Part shown: one piece after another, positions 11,635-22,257 of the stretch | How the letters are laid out: each line of letters begins with the position of its first letter | How positions within the stretch are numbered: position 1 is the stretch's first letter | Assembly: GCA_036574205.1 (NCBI GenBank) | Contig: JAINCQ010000028.1 | Coordinates: forward strand, 103,554 to 167,553 | Origin: Elusimicrobiota bacterium | GTDB lineage: Bacteria; Elusimicrobiota; Elusimicrobia; Elusimicrobiales; UBA9959 | Direction: 5' to 3' | Length of the DNA stretch: 64,000 bases | Program-made: the position numbers and the translations under genes | The notes under the pieces: generated by a model | The model's input: the letters and a program-made list of their open reading frames with translations, nothing else | What the model was told of the DNA's origin: nothing | Database searches by the model: none

Positions 11635-13074
11635 TTAAAGTTTTTTAAGAATGTCTATCACTATTTTAGGATTTGCTTTTCCTCTTGATTGTTTCATTAC
11701 ATATCCAATAATTGGTCCTGTGGCTTTGTCATTTCCTGATTTAAAATCTTCAAAAGCTTTTTTGTTTAGTTCTATTGCGTCTTTAACCCATTTTTCTATC
11801 TCTTTTAGATCGTTTGTCTGTTTTAAGCCTAAACTGTCTAGAAGGATTTTAGGGCTTTGCTTTGTTTTAATAGAATGTTCAAATAATTTTTTAGATCCCT
11901 GACTTGTTATCTCGTTTTTTGAAATTAATTCAGCTATTTCATATATATACTCTGGAGAAATTGTTTTAAATTCTATTTCATTGTCTTCTATCTTGTTTTC
12001 ATTAATATAAGCAAGAAGCTGGGTGTTTATAATGTTTAGGGAATTTTTTAGAATTTGAATATCTTTTGTTAATTGAAGTATTTTTGAAAAGTAGTTATTT
12101 AAATATTTATTTGATGTTATTGTTTCTATGTCGTCTTCTTTAAGTTTATATTCTGATATATATTGTTCTTTTATTTCGCATGGTAATTTTCCTATATTTC
12201 TTTTTATATCATCAATTAAATTTTGAGGGATATTTAAAGGGATTAAGTCAGGATCTGGAAAGTATCTATAATCACAAGCCATTTCTTTACTGCGCATTGT
12301 TATGGTTTGCTGTTTTACCGCATCCCATAATCTTGTTTCGTGTTCTATTTTTTCACCTTTTGAAAGTAACTCGCTTTGCCTTTTAATTTCATAGTTTAAT
12401 GCGTCTTTTACCGCTTTAAAAGAATTAAGATTTTTTATTTCAACCTTAGTTCCAAAATTTTTATCTCCTTTATGTCTTAAAGAGATATTAACATCACACC
12501 TAAGTTCACCTTTTTCCATATCACAGTTAGATACATCAATCCATTTAAGCAATTTTTTTAACTCAACAAGGTATTCATAAGCTTCATCAGCTGATGAAAT
12601 ATCGGGCTCAGTTACTATTTCTACAAGCGGCACACCGCATCTGTTAAAATCTATTAAGCTATAATCAAGTTTCTGGCTTCCTATAGCGTGAAGTGACTTT
12701 CCTGCATCTTCTTCAAGATGAGCTCGTTTAATTCTTATTTCTTTTCCTGAGATTTTTATTCTTCCATTTTCACAAATAGGGTTTTCATATTGCGAGATCT
12801 GATACCCCTTTGGAAGATCTGGATAAAAATAATTTTTCCTTGCAAAAACAGAAAAATTATTTATTTTAGAATTTAGCGCAACACCTATTTTAATTGCCAT
12901 CTCTATAGCTTTTTTGTTTGGAAGGGGCAACGATCCGGGTTGTCCTGAGCAAATTGGGCAGATTGAGGAGTTTGCCGGTGAGTTATAGTCTACAATCTCA
13001 CATCTACAAAACATTTTAGTTTTAGTTTTTAGCTGAGTATGTATTTCAAGGCCTATTACTGGTTCAAAATCCAT
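11635..13074 (-). CDS. gatB: Asp/Glu-tRNA amidotransferase subunit B
   Basis: IGLEIHTQL, RKNYFYPDLPKGYQISQ, HLEEDAGK, RCDVNIS, YRYFPDPDL. Confidence 0.99.
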   Translation of the reverse strand: MDFEPVIGLEIHTQLKTKTKMFCRCEIVDYNSPANSSICPICSGQPGSLPLPNKKAIEMAIKIGVALNSKINNFSVFARKNYFYPDLPKGYQISQYENPICENGRIKISGKEIRIKRAHLEEDAGKSLHAIGSQKLDYSLIDFNRCGVPLVEIVTEPDISSADEAYEYLVELKKLLKWIDVSNCDMEKGELRCDVNISLRHKGDKNFGTKVEIKNLNSFKAVKDALNYEIKRQSELLSKGEKIEHETRLWDAVKQQTITMRSKEMACDYRYFPDPDLIPLNIPQNLIDDIKRNIGKLPCEIKEQYISEYKLKEDDIETITSNKYLNNYFSKILQLTKDIQILKNSLNIINTQLLAYINENKIEDNEIEFKTISPEYIYEIAELISKNEITSQGSKKLFEHSIKTKQSPKILLDSLGLKQTNDLKEIEKWVKDAIELNKKAFEDFKSGNDKATGPIIGYVMKQSRGKANPKIVIDILKKL

Positions 13075-13492
13075 CTTGCCTCCTGTTTGATAAAAGTTTT
13101 TTGATTATCTGTTTGTCACTTGGATATTTAAGAAGTAAAAGCGCATCTTTGTAAGAAACCCATCTGGTTTCTTCTATTTCATTTGGGGTTTCTATTTTGC
13201 CAGTCTCTTCGATAGGAGTCATTAAATACCAGTAAACTTTTTTTTCAACCTTTTCTCCATTTCTGGTAAAAAAATAATGAGATATAAAAAACTTAGCATT
13301 GTCAGAAATTTTACATTTTACTCCAGTTTCTTCAAATACTTCACGCAAAGCTGCTTCTAGAGGGGTTTCATTTTTTTCAATATGTCCCTTTGGAAATGTC
13401 CATACTTTTTCTCCCGTTATTGTGTTCATAAGTATAATCATTACGCTATCATTTTTTGTTATGATACCTCCAGCTGAAAACTCTTTTTTCAT
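13064..13492 (-). CDS. NUDIX hydrolase (Ap4A hydrolase-like)
   Basis: Nudix box PKGHIEKNETPLEAALREVFEETG; N-terminal SAGG. Confidence 0.92.
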   Translation of the reverse strand: MKKEFSAGGIITKNDSVMIILMNTITGEKVWTFPKGHIEKNETPLEAALREVFEETGVKCKISDNAKFFISHYFFTRNGEKVEKKVYWYLMTPIEETGKIETPNEIEETRWVSYKDALLLLKYPSDKQIIKKLLSNRRQDGF

Positions 13493-14832
13493 AATAATCC
13501 TTGTGCTGCTTCAAAAAGATAATTTTCACAAAAACGATCTGATATAAACTGTACCCCGCAGGGTAGGTTTTCGCTTGTTTTTCCGAAAGGGGCGCTTAAT
13601 GCAGATATCCCGGTTAAATTTACAGGGACCGTAAAGATATCACTTAAATACATTGAAAGAGGATCGTCTATCTTTTCACCTAATTTAAAGGCTGAAGTTG
13701 GGGTTGTGGGAATCATCAAAACATCAACCTCTTTAAAAGCCCTGTCAAAATCATCTTTTATTGCTTTTCTGACTTTTTGAGCTTTTAGATAGTAAGCGTC
13801 ATAATACCCTGCGCTTAATGCATATGTCCCAAGGAGTATTCTTCTTTTAACCTCCTGTCCAAAACCTTTGCCTCTTGTTTCTTCATAGGAGGATGAAAGG
13901 TCTTCTCTTTCAATATATTTACCGTATCTTATCCCATCAAATCTTGAAAGATTTGAGGAAGCTTCACTTGAAGCTATAATATAATAGGCGCTTATAGCGT
14001 ATTTTAAAAGAGGAAGGGTTATTTTTTTTACAGTTGATTTAGATGATATTTTAGAAACTGCGTTTTCAAAATTATCAATAACATTTTTATCAACTCCATT
14101 TCTGTCAAATTCAATAACTCCAAATTTTAGTTTTGATATATCTTTTTTTTCTTGTTCTAATATCTCTTTATATGTGGTAGAATCTTTTGGATCTGTACCT
14201 TTTATTGTTTCATATGCTAATTTAAGAGTTTCTAAGTCTCTTGCTATGGGTCCTATCTGATCAAGACTTGACGCAAAAGCTATAAGCCCATACCTTGAAA
14301 CTGTCCCATATGTTGGTTTTAAGCCATAAACTCCACAAAATGAGGCTGGCTGCCTTATAGATCCTCCTGTGTCAGATCCTAATGCTATATCACAAAATCC
14401 AGCAGCCACTGCCGCAGCAGATCCTCCAGAAGATCCTCCCGGAACATAATCAAGATTATGTGGATTTCTGGTTTTAAAATAAGCTGAGTTTTCAGTAGAT
14501 GAGCCCATTGCAAATTCATCCATATTAGTTCTTCCAATTATTATTCCATCTGAATCAATTATTCTCTGAACCGCGGTGGCTGTATATGGCGATTTGTAAT
14601 TTTCAAGAATTTTTGAAGCGGCTGTTATATTTTTGCCTTCATATAGCATATTATCTTTTATTGCAACTATATATCCATAAAGTTTTTTGGGTTTTCTACC
14701 GTTTTTAATCTCAGATTCTATTTTTTCTGCTTGCTCAATTGCATCTTTTTCCCATATCTCTATAAAAGCTTTTATTTTTCCATCTTCCTCTTTTATTTTC
14801 TTAATATATCTTTCTATTTTTTCTACCAGCAT
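13489..14832 (-). CDS. gatA: Asp/Glu-tRNA amidotransferase subunit A
   Basis: Amidase signature PGGSSGGSAAAV, GSDTGGSIRQPA, EVKRRILLGTY. Confidence 0.98.
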   Translation of the reverse strand: MLVEKIERYIKKIKEEDGKIKAFIEIWEKDAIEQAEKIESEIKNGRKPKKLYGYIVAIKDNMLYEGKNITAASKILENYKSPYTATAVQRIIDSDGIIIGRTNMDEFAMGSSTENSAYFKTRNPHNLDYVPGGSSGGSAAAVAAGFCDIALGSDTGGSIRQPASFCGVYGLKPTYGTVSRYGLIAFASSLDQIGPIARDLETLKLAYETIKGTDPKDSTTYKEILEQEKKDISKLKFGVIEFDRNGVDKNVIDNFENAVSKISSKSTVKKITLPLLKYAISAYYIIASSEASSNLSRFDGIRYGKYIEREDLSSSYEETRGKGFGQEVKRRILLGTYALSAGYYDAYYLKAQKVRKAIKDDFDRAFKEVDVLMIPTTPTSAFKLGEKIDDPLSMYLSDIFTVPVNLTGISALSAPFGKTSENLPCGVQFISDRFCENYLFEAAQGLL

Positions 14833-14842
14833 TTTCCCTCCA

Positions 14843-15112
14843 TCAAATCACTTTTTTCACCTTAACAAAATCATATTCTTTATTTGGAAAATTCTCTATT
14901 ATTTTTTCCTTTGCATGAAATTTTTCTGGCTGATCTTCATAAATAGAACTTTCTATGTTTGTTATAGAAAACTGAGGCATGATATTGCTTGTGTCAACCT
15001 CGTTTAAATCATTTATCCATTTAATTATATTTTCAAATTGTTTAGAAAAAACAGATTTCTCTTTTTCATCAAGATTTATTTTTGCAAGTCTTGCAATATA
15101 TTCTACATCCAT
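14843..15112 (-). CDS. gatC: Asp/Glu-tRNA amidotransferase subunit C
   Basis: VEYIARLAKI..., C-terminal FVKVKKVI; directly upstream of gatA. Confidence 0.93.
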   Translation of the reverse strand: MDVEYIARLAKINLDEKEKSVFSKQFENIIKWINDLNEVDTSNIMPQFSITNIESSIYEDQPEKFHAKEKIIENFPNKEYDFVKVKKVI

Positions 15113-15124
15113 ATTAATTCCTCC

Positions 15125-17302
15125 TTAGATAATTTCTATTGGAGCAAATTTAAGCATAAATGTGTGAATAGAACCATCTGAAAATTTTATCTTAACCTTT
15201 GCGAATTCCCCAGATCCTATAACCTCAATAATTTTCCCTTTACCAAAAATTGGATGTATTGCTATTCTTCCCGCTTCAGCTTTTGGTTTTAAAGCGCTAT
15301 ATGCTTCTATTATTTTTATATCATCCTCTTTTTTCCTGCCGAAATAATCAGATACTTCAGCCTCTATTATAAATCTTGACATCATATTAGGATATGTTTT
15401 TCCAAATATCCTTCTTGTCTTTGCCCAGCTTAAGAAAAGCTTTTTTTTGGCGCGCGTCATTCCAACATACATTAACCTTCTTTCTTCTTCCATATCTTCT
15501 TCATCTGAGTTTGCCGCGTTTATCGGAAAAAGACCTTCTTCAAGCCCTGTAACAAATACCGCTTCAAACTCAAGCCCTTTGGCAAGATGAACTGTCATAA
15601 GTGTTACGGTATCCGAGTTTTCATTAAAATCATCTATATCTGATTGAAGAGATATTTCTTCAAGATATTTTTCAAGGGTTGGTTTTATCCCTTTTTTTTC
15701 GCAATCATCTTCAAATTGTTTTATGGCGTTTACAAGCTCCTGTATATTTGCAAGTCGCATAAGCCCGGTTTCTTTATCTTTTTCTGCTTCTTCCTCAAGC
15801 ATCTGCCAGTATCCGGATTTTATAAGAAGTTTTTCCATAAGAATATGTGGTTTTTCAATGGCAGATAAATTTTTAAATTCTTTTATAATCTCCATAAAAT
15901 TCTGGATTGATGCTCTTGCTGATGGAGGGATGGTGGCCTCGCTTGATAAAAGCGCGTCAAAAAAAGGTATGCCTCTTATACTAGAATATTCAAGGATTTT
16001 TTCTATGGTTTTATCCCCAATTCCTCTTGGCGGGGTGTTTATAACTCTCATCAGACTTATTGTGTCGTCATTATTTACTACTACCCTTAAATATGCTATA
16101 GCGTCTTTTATCTCTTTCCTTTCATAAAACCTTACCGTTCCTATGAGTTTATATGGTATTCTATTTTTTCTAAAATACTCTTCAAAGTTTCTGCTCTGAG
16201 CATTTGTTCGATAAAATACCGCAATGTTTTTATAAGGCATACCACCACGAACAAGTTTTGAAATTTTAGCTGATATTGCCGCTGCTTCTTCTATCTCGTT
16301 TGCCGTCTCTATAATTTCAACTTTTTCGCCGACAGGATTCTGTGTCCATAAATTTTTTTCTTTTCTATTCTTGTTGTGTATAATAACCCTATTGGCCGCA
16401 TCAATAATTGATGATGTGGAGCGATAATTTTGTTCAAGAGCTATCGTTTTTGCGTCTTTAAAATCAGCTTCGAATTGAAGAATATTTCTTATATCCGCTC
16501 CTCTCCATCCATATATAGACTGGTCTGGATCTCCTACAACGCAAAGATTTTTATGTTTTTGAGAGAGGGTTTTAATAAGAAGGTATTGAGCTCTGTTTGT
16601 ATCTTGATATTCATCAACCAGTATATAATTAAAGTAATTTTGATAATACTCGCATAGCTCCTTATTATTTTTTAAAAGTTCAACCGGCTTTGAAATAAGA
16701 TCGCCAAAATCAACCGCATTTGAACTGGCAAGTTTTTTCTGATATTCAAAGTATATCTGAGCTACTTTTATCCTTTCGGAGTTACCAGTTATTCTTGCAT
16801 TTAGAAGATATGATTCTGAATCAAGGAGATCATCTTTGGCGCGGGAGATTATAGCAAGATATACCGCTGCTTTGTTTTTATCTTTTTCAAATCCCATTTC
16901 TTTCATTGTAAGGGATATAAGTTTTTTCTGATCATCTTCGTCATATATTACAAAATCCTTTCTAAGCCCCGCTTCTTTGTAATGCATTCTCAAAAATTTG
17001 GCTCCAAATGAATGAAATGTGGAGCACCACAGTCCATAAGCGTCCGGAACCAGTTTTACCACTCTATTTCGCATTTCCTCAGCTGCTTTGTTTGTAAATG
17101 TGATTGCAAGAATTCTTGATGGAGGAATTCCGCCGTAAGCAAGTATTGCCAATTTTGATATTAGTGTTTTTGTTTTACCGGTACCCGCTCCCGCTATTAT
17201 CAAAAGAGGAGATTTGAAGTAAAGCGCTGCTTCCAGTTGCCTGTCGTTTAATCCAAGTCTTTTTATAAATTCACGATTTATATTAAGGTTTGATAGCTCC
17301 AC
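15125..17302 (-). CDS. pcrA: ATP-dependent DNA helicase PcrA/UvrD
   Basis: AGAGTGKT, VDEYQDTN, VGDPDQSIYGWRGA, LEQNYRS, HLAKGLEF, EERRLMYVGMTRA, C-terminal Tudor-like HPIFGKG. Confidence 0.96.
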   Translation of the reverse strand: MELSNLNINREFIKRLGLNDRQLEAALYFKSPLLIIAGAGTGKTKTLISKLAILAYGGIPPSRILAITFTNKAAEEMRNRVVKLVPDAYGLWCSTFHSFGAKFLRMHYKEAGLRKDFVIYDEDDQKKLISLTMKEMGFEKDKNKAAVYLAIISRAKDDLLDSESYLLNARITGNSERIKVAQIYFEYQKKLASSNAVDFGDLISKPVELLKNNKELCEYYQNYFNYILVDEYQDTNRAQYLLIKTLSQKHKNLCVVGDPDQSIYGWRGADIRNILQFEADFKDAKTIALEQNYRSTSSIIDAANRVIIHNKNRKEKNLWTQNPVGEKVEIIETANEIEEAAAISAKISKLVRGGMPYKNIAVFYRTNAQSRNFEEYFRKNRIPYKLIGTVRFYERKEIKDAIAYLRVVVNNDDTISLMRVINTPPRGIGDKTIEKILEYSSIRGIPFFDALLSSEATIPPSARASIQNFMEIIKEFKNLSAIEKPHILMEKLLIKSGYWQMLEEEAEKDKETGLMRLANIQELVNAIKQFEDDCEKKGIKPTLEKYLEEISLQSDIDDFNENSDTVTLMTVHLAKGLEFEAVFVTGLEEGLFPINAANSDEEDMEEERRLMYVGMTRAKKKLFLSWAKTRRIFGKTYPNMMSRFIIEAEVSDYFGRKKEDDIKIIEAYSALKPKAEAGRIAIHPIFGKGKIIEVIGSGEFAKVKIKFSDGSIHTFMLKFAPIEII

Positions 17303-17439
17303 ATATTAATTTTACAAAATTATCAAAATTATAAGTTATTATCGGGCAATTTTTTAAATTCTAAATCTGATTTTTTATAATAACTTGTAATTTTGTCGCT
17401 TTAAAACATAAAATCAGTAAAAATAGAGCAATTCTATAA

Positions 17440-17455
17440 TAGGTCTTTAGGACTT
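17440..17455. promoter_or_regulatory. Candidate operator TAGGTC-TTTA-GGACTT overlapping a TTGACA -35
   Basis: Resembles the perfect palindrome TAGGAC-N4-GTCCTA at 53731; TTGACA at 17454-17459. Confidence 0.4.
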
Positions 17456-17500
17456 GACATAATAAATAGTATATATTAAAACATAGATAAGGAAATATTT

Positions 17501-19718
17501 ATGGATAAAATAATATTGAGTTTTTTGTTAAGTTTAAATATATTTATGGAAATGCCTGGGAGTTAAGCCAGAGCGATATACAAATATCTCCTGAGATTGA
17601 CTCAAAAATTCCAGATTCAAAATCAATAAAACCATCAACGACTTCATCATCAGCGTCTCAAATTGCGCCGGATAACCTTAATTTCTGGGATAAATTAAAT
17701 AGCGGGGTTTTTGATAATCTTTGTAAACAGGCGCAGATAAAACTTAATCAGGACGCCCGTTTAGACAATATCGCCGGGATTTCAGGCGGTTTTAAAAGAA
17801 AGTTTGAAAGATATCCCGATAAAACCCTTGCGCTTGTGGATGAGGTCGAAGTAAAACTTGATTCATCATTTGGGACTGAGATCTTAAATATACCGGAAGT
17901 CGGTTCTTTAAATGTAGGGATATCTGGTTCGGTTGAGGGGAAGTCAATAGTCGTAACACCTTTAAGGAGTGATGATTATTGTAGAAATTTAACAAAACTC
18001 ATAGATTTAAGAAAAGTAAAAACAGTTCTTCCGATAACAGAGAAAAGAATAAGTGATATGAAGGTTGGGGAGATATGGAAGATGCCAATAGTAACAAGAT
18101 TTTCTTTTTCAGGAAATATATCTGGATCTCCAATACCTTATATCGTTTTTTCCATAGGAGGAGGGTTTAACAAAGAAAGAACACCTTTGGTAAGTTTATA
18201 TAGAATGGATCCAAATACATTGAGGCTCAGGATAAGAATAGAACGACTTGAGCTTAAATCTATAAATGCAGGGGTTTCAACTACATATGAGATAGTTCCG
18301 GGTGATATAGGACTTTTTGAAGCGGAAAATATAATAACAAAGCTTGTCAATAAAGAGATTGCAAAACAGATAAACAAATATATAGCTTTTAAAATAGGAT
18401 ATTCAACCAGTAAATCAAAAAGCAGGAAACTACTTATTGAATTTTTGATTAATCCAAACGACAGGGAGCAACTCAACTTGCTTGTAAAATTTTTAAAAGG
18501 CAATCTGGGAATAATAAGTAAATTAATAAAATTGGGACTTAGATTTAGCGAGTTTGATGAGAATATGGATTATAATCAGGGGTATGCTGCTATAAATAAT
18601 GTTACAAATCAGGCGGCCTATCAACTTGGCGCTTCTTCCTCAACATACGCCGGATCAAATCTATCTCACTCCCATAGCTCAAATTTTCATATAACCGTTC
18701 CAGTGATACACAGCCATCAATACACATCAAACAATTCATATAACAGATATCAGAGCCTTGATGGGAAGGATGTTATTCATATCCACAAGCCCAAAGAGTA
18801 TCAGAGGGTTCTTCTTTAAATATACCTTTTCTTGGAACAATAATTAAATATCGCGAAGAAGAAAATGTTATGGCAATAAATAGAGAGAACAGGGAAAAGG
18901 TGGATGATCCACTTTTCCTTTACCAGTATAATGCTGGTTTTGTAAGAAATTCTGAGTCAAAAGCAAGAAAGATGCTAGATAAAGCAAATGGAATTTTGAA
19001 ATATATAGCTACAGACGGTAACGGAACTTCAAACGAATATACCTTAAACACAAATTCTATATTTCCAAAAAGTCCTGAACCGGAGGATTATAACTCCGAC
19101 GATCTTATGAGCGGAAGTTCTGAGAAAACATATAAGCGCGGAATGATAGCCTTTAACCTTCTTATATCAAAGGAAGGGATCAAGCAGATAATATTTTCAA
19201 CGCCTCAAAGAATCTTAAAAGCTTATCTTAATATGATGAAGGAATTTGACGAATATCTCGTTAAAAAATTTAGTTCGCTTTTTAAAGTGGTAAAAGATAA
19301 AAATGGCAGAGATAAAGTTGAGATTGATACCAGAGAAATAGATTATGATGAAAACTATTCAAACACTGTTGATATATTGACTCAAATGGCTTATACCGCC
19401 ACAAATCTTATAAAAGATATATTTTCAATAAGAAATGAATATGATTCAAAAAAACAAGCAGAAAAACTTGTAAAAATTGCTTCAGGCAAAGGTTCAAGCA
19501 ATCTTGGTTATGATAAATTTATGAAGGTTATAGTTCAGCTTGTCAGTAAAGAAAACATAGCAGGAAATATATACATATCAACCGAGAAAAAAATAAAAGG
19601 TGAAGAAGATGTTAACGCAACATATCAGGTTGATCCTAATAATGAGGTTTCCGGGACTTTAAAAGAGATTAACTCTGTGAGGGAAAGATTCTCTGCACCT
19701 TTAACTCTCAAAGATTGA
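17501..19718 (+). pseudogene. Large exported hypothetical protein (about 739 aa) split by two -1 frameshifts
   Basis: ATG 17501 (AAGGA upstream) starts a signal-like MDKIILSFLLSLNIF. The -1 frame is open from about 17520 into ORF 17836-18819, and a second -1 frame is open from about 18786 into ORF 18870-19718. Confidence 0.7.
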
Positions 19719-19787
19719 GAGTATTTGTGTCTTATATAACTTTTTAAAAAAAAGCAAAAAATATTTTTTTGTAAAATAAATAATGAG

Positions 19788-20540
19788 ATGAGCGATATAG
19801 AGATATTTGTATTAAATATACTTCCGTGGTTATTTTTGTTATTAGTCGTTTTGATCTTAATTCAAACATTTTATTATCCCTATAAGAGAAGAAATGAGAT
19901 TTTACAGATGGTGAAGGATAGGAGTTTTGAGTATGATAAAGAGGGGAACTCTTTGTCAAATTATATAGGCAATGTTACTACATTTGTTGTAAAGAGAAAT
20001 TTTTTCGATTTAGTTTTTAAAGGTTTTGAAAAAGAAACTTCTTGTATAGTAGCTCTTGCTTCAACTGGTTTGAATCTTTTTAATAGAGGGCATTCGAAAA
20101 AGGCAAAAAATATATTTGCTATTTCTTTTGAAGGGAAAAAATTATTTTTTTTTGATTATTATTTTACTGTTGGAAGTGGAAAACACTCTACCAGGTATTC
20201 ACATACAGTTGCTCTTTTAAAGACTAACTCTTTTTTACCGGATTTTTATATGAGACCTGAAAACTTTTTTGATTCTGTCGCTGCAATTATTGGTTTTGAT
20301 GATATAGATATTTCTGGTTTTGAAAACTTTTCAAAGATCTATTACCTTAAAGGAAAAAATCCAGACTCTGTCATTTCATTTTTTACACCAGAAAGGATTA
20401 TGATTTTTGAACAGTCGCCAGGGTATTATGTAGAGGCGGCTAATAATTTTTTGATTATTTACAGTAAAAGTATTATTCCTGTTAAAAAAGATTATATTGA
20501 TAAGATAGTTAATATTTTTAAAGGACTTAAAGTTGAATAG
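19788..20540 (+). CDS. Hypothetical membrane-anchored protein
   Basis: N-terminal TM helix; LPDFYMRPE...GFDDID...FSKIYYLKG segment typical of a conserved hypothetical family. Confidence 0.75.
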   Translation: MSDIEIFVLNILPWLFLLLVVLILIQTFYYPYKRRNEILQMVKDRSFEYDKEGNSLSNYIGNVTTFVVKRNFFDLVFKGFEKETSCIVALASTGLNLFNRGHSKKAKNIFAISFEGKKLFFFDYYFTVGSGKHSTRYSHTVALLKTNSFLPDFYMRPENFFDSVAAIIGFDDIDISGFENFSKIYYLKGKNPDSVISFFTPERIMIFEQSPGYYVEAANNFLIIYSKSIIPVKKDYIDKIVNIFKGLKVE

Positions 20541-20577
20541 AATTTTTTTAAAAAACCTGATTTTAAACGGAGGTTTG

Positions 20578-22257
20578 ATGAATATAATATTAATTGCTCT
20601 TATTATATTTAATATAAACTTTTTATCAGCAGGCGATGTGTTTCTTGATGCAATGAAAAAAGAGTTAAACGTTTCTTATGAGAAATTAAAAAACGCTGAA
20701 AAGTTTCCTATGTATTTTATTGGATATGAGGCGTGGGATAGTGAAAATTGGTGGGTAAGTTCCAATCTTGGATCTATAAAAAGCGAAATGGAAAGAAAAC
20801 AAAGGATTATCTCCTGTGATATTAGGGTTGGAACGCCTGATATGGATTCAACCCATGAAATAAAAGGAGTAAATTACGATGAAAATTCAAAAATGACGAA
20901 TATAAGTATTTTGCCACTGAATGATGAACAAGCCATAAGGTCTGAGATATGGAATTTGACTGACAAAACCTATAAAGATGCCCTCAATAGATACATAAGG
21001 GTTTTAACTAATAAACAGGTAACAGCTGAAGAGGAGGATAAATCCGGAGATTTTATAATTGTAAAAACTACACAATCTTTCAAAAAATATTTTGAACCTG
21101 AGATAATAGATAAAGATGTAATAAAAAATATGCTTAAAAAACTTTCTTCAGTTTTTAAAAGATATGATTTTATAATAGATTCTTCAGTTAGTTTTTCAAA
21201 AGAATATCAAAACAGATATATAGTCAATTCTAACGGTTCTGAGATTGTTGAAGGTGAAAGAAGATATAGGCTTAGCTACTTGCTTGTGGCAAGGACTGAT
21301 GATGGAATGGATATTTCAAGATATCGTAACTATGATTTTGAGAATATTTCTGAGATGCCTTTGGAGGATAAAGTTCTTTCTGATATCTATAATTCAATAG
21401 ATGAGTTGAAAAATCTTTTAACTGCAAAACAACTTGAGCCTTATACTGGTCCTGCAATATTAGAAAGCAAGGCTGCGGCTGTTTTCTGGCATGAAATATT
21501 TGGACATAGAGTTGAAGGGCACAGGCAGAAAAGTGAAAGCGAAGGACAGACCTTTGCTAAGAAAATTGGGCAAAGCATAATGCCTTCTTTTATTACGATA
21601 TATGATGATCCAAATCTTAAATATTATAATTCTAAGTTTTTAAATGGAAATTATCTTTATGACGATGAAGGGGTTAAATCGCAAAAAGCCGTGCTTGTTG
21701 AAAATGGGGTTTTAAAGGGTTTTCTTATGCAGAGGGTCCCTGTTCTTGGCTTTAAAGATTCAAATGGACATGGAAGAAGAAGTCCTGGGTATTTAACTGT
21801 AGCAAGACAGGGTAATCTTATTGTTGAGTCTACAAAAGTTTTTCCTTATCAAACCCTTAAAAAAATGCTTATTGAAGAGATTAAAAAATCACAAAAACCT
21901 TATGGGCTTATAATAAAAGACATTGAAGGTGGATTTACTTTTACCACAAGGGATATGCCTCAAAGTTATACTGTGCTTATAAAGTATGCATTCAAGATTT
22001 ATCCTGATGGCAAAGAAGAGGTTGTTAGAGGTTTGAATATGATAGGCACTCCCTTACAAACATTTTCAAGAATAGTGGCAACTGGGGATGATTATGATGT
22101 TTTTAATGGAGTCTGTGGAGCTGAATCTGGCTGGGTTAATGTTTCTGCGGTTTCTCCTTCTTTGCTTTTTTCTGAGATTGAAACCGAGAAAGTTCAAAAA
22201 TCAAATCAAAAACCGCCTATTTTAAAACCGCCTTATATTGATTTGGAGGGAAAATGA
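20578..22257 (+). CDS. tldD: TldD-family metalloprotease, catalytic subunit, with signal peptide
   Basis: HEIFGHRVEG zinc motif, YDDEG, SNGHGR, GVCGAESG; ATG 20578 follows GGAGG and gives a hydrophobic N-terminus. Confidence 0.88.
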   Translation: MNIILIALIIFNINFLSAGDVFLDAMKKELNVSYEKLKNAEKFPMYFIGYEAWDSENWWVSSNLGSIKSEMERKQRIISCDIRVGTPDMDSTHEIKGVNYDENSKMTNISILPLNDEQAIRSEIWNLTDKTYKDALNRYIRVLTNKQVTAEEEDKSGDFIIVKTTQSFKKYFEPEIIDKDVIKNMLKKLSSVFKRYDFIIDSSVSFSKEYQNRYIVNSNGSEIVEGERRYRLSYLLVARTDDGMDISRYRNYDFENISEMPLEDKVLSDIYNSIDELKNLLTAKQLEPYTGPAILESKAAAVFWHEIFGHRVEGHRQKSESEGQTFAKKIGQSIMPSFITIYDDPNLKYYNSKFLNGNYLYDDEGVKSQKAVLVENGVLKGFLMQRVPVLGFKDSNGHGRRSPGYLTVARQGNLIVESTKVFPYQTLKKMLIEEIKKSQKPYGLIIKDIEGGFTFTTRDMPQSYTVLIKYAFKIYPDGKEEVVRGLNMIGTPLQTFSRIVATGDDYDVFNGVCGAESGWVNVSAVSPSLLFSEIETEKVQKSNQKPPILKPPYIDLEGK

